Shown here: piece after piece, positions 34,901 through 46,900 of the stretch
Layout of the letters: every line of letters begins with the position of its first letter
Position numbering within the stretch: position 1 is the stretch's first letter
Assembly: GCF_963921235.1 (NCBI RefSeq)
Contig: NC_086118.1
Span: 4,836,001-4,900,000, forward strand
DNA from: Mobula hypostoma
Taxonomy: Eukaryota
Length of the DNA stretch: 64,000 bases
Direction of reading: 5' to 3'
Translations under genes and position numbers: made by a program
Notes under the pieces: model-generated
What the model was told of the DNA's origin: nothing
What the model saw: only the letters and a program-made list of their open reading frames with translations
Database searches by the model: none

Positions 34901-37900
34901 GCTTCCAACCTCGTTCAAAATTGTCTCTTCGCCCTTGAAATAGCCCTCCGCAAATCATACCTAGTTTTCTGGTACAGGCCTGGGGCACCAGACTTGAATG
35001 CCACAGATCTTGCCTTCAGCAGGCGATGTATCTCCTGGTTCATCCACGGCTTTTGATTTGGGAATATACAGTAAATCTTTGTAGGCGCACACTCATTTAC
35101 ACGGGTTTTAATGACATTGGTAACAACTGCAGCATACTCTCTAGGTTTTAGATTATGAAGACACGCAGTGCTCTTTTTATTGTCATTTAGTAATGCATGC
35201 ATTAAGAAATGATACAATATTTCCTCCGGTGTGATATCACAAAATATAGGACAGACCAAGACTGAAAAAACTAATAAAACCACATAATTATAACATATAG
35301 TTACAACAGTGCAACAATACCATAACTTGATGAAGTCCATGAGCACAGTAGAAAGTTCAAAGTCTCTCAAATGTCCCACATCTCACGCAGACGGGAGAAG
35401 GAAGAAAAACTCTCCCTACCATGCCCGACCACAATCTGACTCTGAGTCGTCCGAAAACTTCGAGCCTCCGATCAGCTCTCCGACACCAAGTACTGAGCGC
35501 CATCTCTGTCCGAACGATTGGACCTCAGTCTCGGTAGCCAACAGCAGGCAAAGCCGGGAATTTTGAGGCCTTCCCTCTGGAAGATTCCCGACCGCGCAGT
35601 AACAACAGCAGAGAACTGGCGTTTCAGAAATTTCTCCAGATGTTCCTCTGTGCTTTCACGTGCTTTAAAGATGCTTAATAGAGTCCAGTTCACTAATTCA
35701 AAGCAGTCCTGTAGGCACTCCTGTGCTTCCCTTATCTATACCACCTTGGTCCTCGCTACAGGTGCTGCAGTCTTCAGTCTCTACCTATGCTCAGGGAGTA
35801 GAAGTACAGCCATGTGATCAGACTTCCAGAAGTGAGGGCGTGGAATAGCATGGTAGGCATTCTTGATGGTAGTGTAGCAATGGTCCAGTGTGTTGTTTCC
35901 TCTGGTATTATAAATGATCTGTTGATGGTAGTTGCCTAGTGATGGTAGCAGCAGACCAGTCTACAAGTATCCATCTTCACAACAGTGGCCAGTAAACAAG
36001 AACGTGTGGCTCAATTGAGTGTCGTGTTAGTTTTACTCCATCGACAAAATCGGGTTCCATATGATACCATACTAGCACTGCAATTAAAATTTTGCCTATG
36101 AACTATAAAGGATTACAGCAAATTGATGGCCCTCCTCTCTCTGAGTATGTAATGTATTAATTAGCATCTATTTGTGTGCTTCTAGTATTATCTAGAAATA
36201 GCTGCAATTTGTGTCCTTAGTTGTCAATGCTTTTGTGTTGCAGACAACAACTGATGAAGCCAAGGAGCGTCTGTACGAGAGCCTGTTGAGTGAGTGCCGT
36301 GATGCTATCCAGGCAGTCCGTGAGGAACTGAGGGTTGATCCGGTGAGGCTGAGTGAAGGGCTGTTGGGGAAAAATGTAATAAAGACTGCTGAAGATCTAA
36401 TACTCATGTAAAACCGTATATTTATGTCGCTAAGGTGTAGGAACTTGTTCATCTCGCTGCTGTGATATTCATTTCGAACTATGATCAGCTCTGTTCCATC
36501 TTTCTGCCTTTTGCTTTGTTTCGCTTTTAGCATTTTCAATTTTACTCCTGAATAATTTAATATTATTTCCCTTTGCTTTCATAGTCATAGTCATACTTTA
36601 TTGATCCCGGGGGAAATTGGTTTTCATTACAGTTGCACCATAAATAATATGTAGTAATAGAACCATAAATAGTTAAATAGTAATATGTAAATTATGCCAG
36701 TAAATTATGAAGTAAGTCCAGGACCAGCCTATTGGCTCAGGGTGTCTGACCCTCCAAGGGAGGAGTTGTAAAGTTTGATGGCCACAGGCAGGAATGACTT
36801 CCTATGACGCTCTGTGTTGCATCTCGGTGGAATGAGTCTCTGGCTGAATGTACTCCTTTGCCCACCCAGTACATTATGTAGTGGATGGGAGACATTGTCC
36901 AAGATGGCATGCAACTTGGACAGCATCCTCTTTTCAGACACCACTGTCAGAGAGTCCAGTTCCATCCCCACAACATCACTGGCCTTACGAATGAGTTTGT
37001 TGATTCTGTTGGTGTCTGCTACCCTCAGCCTGCTGCCCCAGCACACAACAGCAAACATGATAACACTGGCCACCACAGACTCTTAGAACATCCTCAGCAT
37101 CGTCCGGCAGATGTTAAAGGACTTCAGTCTCCTCAGGAAATAGAGACGGCTCTGTCCCTTCTTGTAGACAGCCTCAGTGTTCTTAGACCAGTCCAGTTTA
37201 TTGTCAATTCAATCTCCTTATGAAGGAATTCATCTGTATGAATTGCATAAAATCCTTTTATCACCTCGGCCTGATCTCTCTGGCATTTATTCTTAAAGGC
37301 AACTGAGCTTACGTAACCGCTAAGTACTTCTACAAAGTTGATAATCCTTCAAGCTGTGGTGCCAAGGCACTATGCTCTTGATTTGGTTTGGTCATTCAGC
37401 AGTATGTACAATATTATTGTATGGTTGGAATACCAGCTTAATCTCAGCCTAAATGTTCAGTTATTTCCATTTTCTGAAATGAGTTTTCAAGATAGCGTGA
37501 GCCACTTGGATATACAACTTAGGATTTAAAGAAGTATTTATAGAGTGTGGGCACGTGGCCAAGTGGTTAAGGCGTTCAACTAGCGATCTGAAGGTCGTGA
37601 GTTCGAGCCCCAGCCGAGGCAGCGTGTTGTGTCCTTGAGCAAGGCACTTAATCACACATTGCTCTGCGATGACACTGGTGCCAAGCCCTTCCCTTGGACA
37701 ACATTGGTGTCGTGGAGAGGGGAGACTTGCAGCATGGGCAACTGCTGGTCTTCCATACAACCTTGCCCAGGCCTGTGCCCTGGAGAGTGAAGACTTTCCA
37801 GGCGCAGATCCATGGTCTCGCAAGACTAACGGATGCCTTTCTATAGAGTTAATTGATCTTCCCATTAACTTGCCTATATTTTGTACAGTTATTTTCAGAC

Positions 37901-40900
37901 TGGTTAATGTGTGATTGCTGTAACTGCATTTGATGCTTCTTGTTTGGAGATATTAAATGGTTTTTTATATTTTCAACAATAAGGTTATGAAAGTCAAGTG
38001 TATTGTCATGTACACACAGATACAATGAAAAACTTTACTTGTTGCAGCAGCACAGGCACATCCATAAAGCAGCATTCGCAAGAATTAACATAAATTATAC
38101 AATATGGGCTAGGAAGAACAGATTTTTAAAATGCGTCTATTTTAGTGCAAAGCGGTCAATATGTTGCTAAACTGTAGTGATGAGGGTTGGTTCGTGGACA
38201 AAGGAAAGTAACTTCTTGTACTCGGTGTTGTGGAACTTCGGGCTTCTGTACCTTCTGCCTGATGATGGTTGCAAGAATATGGCATGGTGGGGATTTTTGA
38301 TGGTGGATGTAGTGACCTTGAGTCAGCACCTTGTGTATTTATTGTGGATGGTGGGGCGGGAGATGCTGTTGATATTATTGGGCTGAATTCATTACTCCTC
38401 TGTAGCTTCTTGCATTCCTGTGCATTGGAATTACTGTCCCAGACCAGTGTATCATGCAATAGAGCATTCTGTAATGCACATAGGTAAAAAAAAAGTCAGT
38501 AGAAAAATGGTAGAGGACGTATTGTACCTGCATGTGTACATGGGGAAAAAAATGAAAATTTTATTTCTGTATGGATTGGAGCAATTAAATTGAATTTAGC
38601 CGTTACATAGTTACTGAAGGATATTTCATAAATAAGAGTACAAGCTGTATAGAAATGGGGGAAAATAAGTCTAGATGGCCTTGCTAGCAAAAGCAGTAAG
38701 AGATATGAAATATGGTGTTTGATCACAGCATTTCTGACGATTTTCTTGGTTTATTCAGGCACAGAAGCAACGGGAGCGATCTCTAGAGCCTGACTCGGGG
38801 AAGGTGTCTGTACTGCAATACCTCCATAGGTATGTCTCTCTGACTAGCTGCGTCTGTTTAGTTTAAAGCACTCCTCAAGACTTGTCTGGTATGACAGATG
38901 GCTGCTGAGCTGCAGATACCAAGATGGATATAATTCGTTTGTGCAAAATTTCCTGATGGTAACAGCTGAAGGGGGTTAGAGCTCAGCTGTATGCGTGTCT
39001 GAACAAAGGTAAAACTGCTATTTGGCTTTTGTAAAGAAAAGTTGCCAGATGCAAATGAAACAGACTATGGAAAGTCACAAGAATAAATAAAACCAGGGTT
39101 AGACTGTTCAGCCCTTTAAGCTTGCTCGGCCGTTCATATGATCACTGAATTCCAGGTCTCTCCCCATGCCTTTTGATGACTTCTGCATGCAAGATTTGAT
39201 CCATCTCCTTGTTTGTTTTTACTTCTCACTTTTGTGAAATTGTATCACATTATGATGACTGCCTCCTGAGGGCTCCTTTTCCTTAAGCTCCTTAATCAAA
39301 TCTGGTTCATTAAACAACACAATCCAGAATTGCCCTTTGGGGTCCGACCACAAGATGCTCTAAAAACCATTTCATAGGTATTCTACAAATTCCGTTTCTT
39401 GGGATCCAGCACCAACCTGATTTTCTCACTCTACCTACATATTGAAATACCCCATGACCATTGTAACATTCTGTTTTTACATGCCTTTTCTATCTCCCTT
39501 TGTAATTTGTAGCCCACATCCTGGCTGCTGTTTAGAGGCCTGCATATAACTCTCATCAGGGTCCTTTTCACCCTTGCAGTTTCTCAACTCTACCCACAAG
39601 GATTGTACACCTTATGATCCTATGTCACGTCTTTCTGAGCATTTGATTTCATTTTTTGCAAATGTAGCCACACTATCCCCTCTGCCCACTTGCCTATCCA
39701 GAAGACCATTAGATATACGAGCAGAATTAGGCCATTTGGCTCATCGAGTCTACATCGCCATTTCATCGTGGCTGATCCATTTTCCCTCTCAAACCCCAAT
39801 CTCCTGTTTTCCCACCCAACCCCTGTATCTCTTCATGCCCTGTCCTTCTGATATATGCATCCTTGGATGTTAAGCTCCCAGCTGTGATCTTCTGTCAACT
39901 ATGACACAATATCATACCTGCCAATTTCTAACTGGGCTACAAGGTCATCTGTCTTATTTTATATACTGTTTGCACTCAAGTATAATGCCTTCAGTCCTGT
40001 ATTCACCAACCTTCTTCCTTTGTAAACTTCTTGTTTTATTCCTGGTTCTCATAATCTTTAGTACTCTCTCCTTCCCTTTTACTTTACCCATTCTTTTCCA
40101 GGTTGCATCTCCCTACTATTCAGTTTAAAACTCTATCCACAGCCCTCTTTATGCAGTTCAGCAGGACACTGGTCCCAGCACGGTTTGGGTGGAACCTGTG
40201 CCATCGGACTGGTTCACTCTTTCCCCAATACTGGTGTTAGTGTCCCACAAATTCATAAGCAATTCTACTACACTAGTCTTAGCCATGCATTTAACTCTAA
40301 TGTTATTAACCTTGTGCCGGTTTGTGCATGGGTCAGAGATTATTACCTTTCTGCAGTTTATTGTAGTCCCTAGCTGCTCAAATTCCCTCAATAGAATATC
40401 TTTCCTTGTTCTTCGTACATTGTTAGCACCCACATGGATACTACAGCCGGATCTTTCCCCTCCCACTCCAGATTCCTCTCCAAGTTAAATGCACGGTGTC
40501 ACTGTTCAATTGCTCATCCTTCCTACTGCCCCCACGCCCATCCTGAAAGGGAGCAGCAATCTCATACCTGTTTGGCAAGCTCAAAGGCTAATGCCCCTCT
40601 AGCACAACTTCTTGGAATCCCCTACCTTCCTCACTCGTAGTCACACCCATTTGTCCCTGGCAGCAGGCGGAATTGTCACTTCCTTGCCACCCTTTAAGCA
40701 GCAAGGCCCAAATCTCTTATTTATCAGACAGGCTAGAGAGATGATTGAAAGGGTAATGTAAAACCATCTGGAGAATTCCCGTAGCTGATGAAATTGATTC
40801 TGGTGCCTGTCTTCTAACCAGTCCCAAAAACAAAATGAGCAGTAGCTTCTTATGTACTGTAAATGTTCAATGTTGGGCTTTAACTTGTAAGATTCTTATT

Positions 40901-43900
40901 AAAATCATTGCATTTGGAGTAGATTTTTCAGCTCCATAGGCCTGTTCTAACATTCAATTAAAGGCTAATCTAGATTTTAATTTTATTAGTTTCTGAAGGC
41001 TTTAAATACATTCTTCAATCAAATAGTTTGAATAGGCTTTGTGTTCTCCATACCACAGTGTTCATTTTTGCTTGTACCCACACAGCTACCTTACATATAT
41101 TAAGCTTTCCACGGCAATAAAGCGTAATGTTATCATGGCTGAAGCCTTGCAAAAGCAACTGAGTGAGCCATCGCAAGATGATGGGAAACGTGTGCTGCGG
41201 CCACAGGACCTGATCCGACTCTATGACATTATCCTGCAGGTAAGGGGTGTTCTTTTCAAACGGATATGTAAAGCTGGATTTCTTTGTGCAGCTTTTGGAG
41301 AGACGAAACCGTAGATGCTGGAACCTGGAGCAACTCAGTGGGTCGAGCAAATATTTTGACATTTCCTTTCCTCCCACAGATGTGGCTCAACCTGCTGAGC
41401 TCCCCCAGATATTGTTGCTGTGCGCTGTCATGTTGACTCTGTAGTTGGCTTGTCCTTGAGTTAGAGATGTTACGCTTTTTAGTAAAAGAGTAACTGATTG
41501 CTGGTGGTACTCAGCAGCCTGATAACATCTGTGGGGACAGATATTGAGTTAATATTTCAGGTTGAAGATTCTTCAGAACTGCCAAATAAGGAAAATATTG
41601 GTTGTGTAGAGGGTGCAAGAAGGAAAGATAGGATAAAAGTATCTGTTAGGACAACAACGTCCCCAAATAGAAGATGAAATGTGGTTCTTCAAACTTGTAT
41701 TGGGTTACAGAAAGATCAGAATTGGATAGAGAGTTATAGTGACAGGCAACAGAGAGCGTGGGGTTTCCCTTGTGAACTAAGAGCAGCTGTAAATGTTGCC
41801 TGGGAAGATTGTGTGTTGTGCACCTACACCACAGGATTGTTGGAATCCTGTCCTGTTAGATGGGTGAAATCAAGCTGCAGTGAAGCTTGGCTCTTGATTG
41901 GTCACAGAAGATGAAGCAAAGCTGGTTCCTGTGCACAAACACTTCAGCACTGTTGCCCTGTTCCTGCTCATTAATATATTAAATGCAACTTTCAGTCTTG
42001 TGTACAGATGGAAATTACATCTAACCAAAAATACATTCACTGCTACAAATGTTTAAGAAACTCTACTGAAGGGTCCCTGTGAATTAGCTGGGTCTTCTTC
42101 ATCTTTCTCTAACATTGGACTTTATGTTGGTGTACAGAATCTTTCCGAGCTGGCACAACTCTCAGGGCTAGAAGATGATAAAGATTTCCAGACGGAAGTG
42201 GAGCTGAAGACTTTAGTTTACAAGGCCTACCGGTAAGAATGGAGGAGAATGAGTTCACTTCAGTTGAAACATCCGTTCTACCATATTCTTAATCCTGTGG
42301 CTTCTTGCAGATCTCAATGTGGGTAGTATTTTACACCCAGAGAGATGAGACATTTTGGATCTCACTGTAGACCACCTTGATACTATTTGCCATCAAGCCC
42401 AATGCACGTGCACATACGCAGTCACATTCAATAATGTCTGATGTCTTTTTCTGCAAAGGATGAAGCCTTGTGCACCTTCTGGGCAAACTGAAGTAAATTG
42501 GTAAGGTGTAAGTGACATTTGTGCTCGCTGCCAGTGCAGAATGTATCTGGTCTCTACACACTTTGGTTCCTTAACTATTCCTTTGTAGCTTGGGCTCTTT
42601 CTCATTCTTGTTTTGGGTATCCGCATTTTTCGTTAAATTGTAACGATACAGCAGTGAATATATATAAATTTTAAAATTTCAAAACGAAAACAGTCTTCCT
42701 GCCTGAAAAATATTAAAGACACAAAGTGATGTTTTCCATTCCCTTTGTGTGATCTATCTTTGACTGTTTTAAGTAAATGTTAAATGCATTCCTGAAAGTC
42801 AGTGACCACCTGATCTCTAACTCTTAGTGTTTTTTTGGTAATGATTTACTCATCCAATGTGGATGCAACTAGCAAAGCTGGAAGTTATTGTCTTTATTAT
42901 CCTTGAAACGAGACAGTTAAGTGCCAACCACATTGTGGGACACAAGACATGTGTTGGCAAAACCGGGCAAGGACAGTAGATTTTCGTCCTTTTGAAGGAT
43001 ATTGGTGAATGAGATTGGTTTTATGACAATTCAGTATTTTCATGATTACTTAGAAATTCAAAATTTATTCATAACTTGATTTGGAGTTTCTCAATTGCTG
43101 TCATGGAATTCAAACTCGAGTCCTTGGGCCCAATAACTTAATCTCTTCACCACTGTACCCCAAAATCTGTTCAGCCAGCTGAATACCGCAACTAATTTAT
43201 ATGTTAGATGTCTCATTCATAGCAATACAATCCTTTGAGACTGATACAGTCCCTAGGTCAGAATCGGGTTCCTTCACTGAGAACGGTTCATCACCAGAAC
43301 TATGTGTGTGGGGCCTTCATAGACACAACTGAGGTGTGGGAAGGGTAGCTACCAGCGAACCGCACTGGCTCAGTGCTCTCAACTCTATTCAGCCCTACAC
43401 AGCCCCTGATTGTTGCAGCTTGGGGATAGGGGGTGGTGCCAGAGGGGCAACACACACAGAAATGCTACAATCCATCCAGTAGAAGATGCTTTCCACCCTG
43501 CAGCAAATCCATCCCACAGGCTTCTCAATTGCTTGTTTGTATATACAAGGTGTCCATAAATTAGGTTATCAAAACCAAGGTAGACCTGAATTTGGAACAA
43601 TGAGCACCCAGCTTCATAGCAGAGGTGTTGATGGCCTCCTGCAGAATCTGTCCACTGATGGCTAAGTAGTCATTGCCAAGACTGCATGGTAGCTGGTGTG
43701 TACATCAAAAAAGGATCACAAATGGGCATTTATCACTCCTCTAGACTGGAGTGGAAGCAATTCATTGTCAATCCCAAAGCACTGCCTGTGAAGCTAGGAT
43801 TCTCCTTGTCTGTATGTGATCACACCCCTGTTCCTGGCTGAACTGAAGTCATCATGTTAGATGTACTGTACCTGGAGACTGGTGTTGCTGATGGACGTTG

Positions 43901-46900
43901 CCTTCATTCACATAATTTGTGAATATTCTCCACTTGCTGAATTTTTGTGGGGAGGGAATTTGCATTATTTAGTTGCTTCTTGAATAAACATTCAGAGCAG
44001 CACATACAAAATGCTAGGGGAGCTCGGGAGGTCGGGCAGTATTTGTGGAAATGAATAACTCAATGTATTGGGCGAGACTCTCCTTCAGGACTGGAGGATT
44101 TCCAACATCTGCAGAATCTCTTGTGTTTATAAATAAACATCCAGTTTGCTTTGTTTATTGTAAAGGCTAACCTACCTCCAACTCATTCACAACTTCAGAA
44201 TAGTTTTCCTTTGAACCTGGAAGCAGCACCAAATCAGGAAGTGAAACACAAACTTAGCTTGTAGTTTCTTTGTATTGTCTTTCAACATATTTTCCTTTGA
44301 TTTTTATTCAGTTTTCTCTCTTGTACCACTCCCTTCCCCTGCCCCCAGTGATTTGGCTCTCTTGGGATATACAGTATTTCAAGGATGATGGGTAATGTGG
44401 TATACCTCCTGTCCAGATATTAATTGGCAGAGTGATTTGAGTTTGTATTTGGCTGAATGTAAAATGCTTTTACGTCTTGTGGAGCCAGATATTAATCATT
44501 AGTCTTGTGTTGTGTATCTGCCCACATTCGAGCAAAGTTGGGCCATTACAGTTTATGCTCAGAATACATCATGGAGCAAAGGTGGAAGTAAGTTGAACTG
44601 CCCTGTGGAGTCGTGGTTTCCCAGCCACACCCAGGTGATTGCCAGTTACATCAATCAATCCCGAGGCCCTGCTTTGACTAAGTATGTCGGGGCAATTGAA
44701 ACCGCCACAGCACGGTCTGAGTTGGCATCAGCGATTGATGTGCTGCCATTACATTTGGCACGCCCTGCTTATGAGTCTTTTGACTTGAACAACATAAATT
44801 TTACCTATGTTTCCATTTATTTTTGGCAGTCTGCTCATTCTACTAATAGATGTATAATTGTACAGCACAAAAACTGGCTTTTTGGCCCAAATTGTCTGCC
44901 AGTCATGATGTCTATGTGTATTAGTGCCTCATCCACAATAGGCCCATATCTCTCCATGTTCCTCCTATCCAAGTAGCATAATCAGATTCGTCTCTTAACA
45001 TATGCTGCGAAATTTGGTGTTTTGTGGCAGCAGTGCATCACATAAATTACTATGTTTCAAAAATAAAAAGTGAAAATATCTGTCCGAATGCCTTTTAAAC
45101 ACCATTATCTACCTTGACCTCTTCTTCTGGCAACTCATTCCATATAACCCCAACCTCTGGAAGCAACCTGCTCTTTGGAGTCCTTTTAAATCTTTATCTT
45201 GTAGACTCCCCCATCCAAGGAAAAATTTTTTGAGGATGTATCTATGAAAATGGACAAGGGAGAACCAGTAGATGTAGTGTACCTGGACTTTCAGAAAGCC
45301 TTTGATAAGGTCCCACTTATAACCATATAACAATTACAGCACAGAAACAGGCCATCTCGGCCCTTCTAGTCTGTGCCGAACTCTTACTCTCACCTAGTCC
45401 CACTGACCTGCATTCAGCCCATAACCCTCCATTCCTTTCCTGTCCGTATATCTATCCAATTTAACTTTAAACGACAACATCGAACCTGCCTCAACCACTT
45501 TCACTGGAAGCTCGTTCCACACAGCTACCACTCTCTGAGTAAAGAAGTTCCCCCTCATGTTACCCCTAAACTTTCGTCCTTTAACTCTCAACTCATGTCA
45601 TCTTGTTGGAATCTTCCCCACTCTCAATGGAAAAGGCCTATCCATATCAACTCTATCAATCCCCCTCATAATTTTAAACACCTCTATCAAGTCCCTCCTC
45701 AACCTTCTACGCTTCAAGGAATAAAGACCTAATTTGTTCAACCTTTCTCTGTAATAAAGGCCAACATACCAAAAGCTATTTTCACCACCCTATCCACATG
45801 AGATTCCACCTTCAGGGAACTATGCACCATTATTCCTAGATCCCTCTGTTCTACAGCATTCTTCAATGCCCTACCATTTACCATGTATGTCCTATTTTGA
45901 TAAGTCCTACCAAAATGTAGCACCTCATATTTTTCAGCATTAAACTCCATCTGCCATCTTTCAGCCCACTCTTCTAACTGTCCTAAATCTTTCTGCAAGC
46001 TTTGAAAACCTACCTCATCATCCACAACATCACCTATCTTAGTATCATCTGCATACTTACTAAACCAATTTACCACCCCATCATCCATATGACAAACAAC
46101 ACTGGACCCATACAGATTCCTGAGGCACACCACTACACACCATCCTCCAATCTGATGCACAGTTATCCACCACTACTCTCTGGTGTCTCCCATCTAGCCA
46201 CTGCTGAATCCATTTTACTACTTCAATATTAATGCCTAACGATTGAACCTTCCTAACTAACCTACTGTGTGGAACCTTGTCAAAGGCCTTACTGAAGTCC
46301 ATATAGACAACATCCACCGCTTTACCCTCATCAACTTTCTTAGTAACCTCATCAAAAAATTCAATAAGATTTGTCAAACATGACCTTCCATGCACAAATT
46401 CATGTTGACTGTTCCTAATCAGACCCTGTCTATCCAGATAATTATAGATACCATCTCTAAGAATACTTTCCATCAATTTACCCGCCACTGACGTCAAACT
46501 CACAGGCCGATAATTGCCAGGTTTACTCTTTACACATAAGAGATTAGTGGGCAAAATTAGAGTACATGATATTGGGGGTAGGGTACTGACATGGATCGTA
46601 AATTGGTTGGCAGACAGGAAACAGAGTAGGGATTAACGGGTCCTTTTCAGAATGGCAGGTGGTGACTAGTGGGGTACCGCAAGGCTCGGTGCTGGAACCA
46701 CAGCTATTTACAATATACCTTAATGATTTAGATGAAGGGATTAAAAGTAACATTAGCAAACTTGCAGATGACACAAAGCTGGGTGGCAGTGTGAAATATG
46801 TGGAGGATGTTGAGATAATGCAGGATGACTTAGACAGGTTGGGTGAGTGGGCAGATGCACGGCAGATGCAGTTTAATGTGGGTAAATGTGAGGTTATCCA

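Noticed and set aside
37549-37620. tRNA gene
   Set aside because: A and B boxes are present, but the sequence runs into a SINE core and tail with a TSD; no complete cloverleaf.
43200-43920. Unique-looking intronic stretch (pseudogene or old LINE?)
   Set aside because: No motif, ORF or termini I can support.
44512-44976. 154-aa ORF as a nested gene
   Set aside because: Non-ATG start, no recognisable domain, and the 3' part runs into a CR1 tail.
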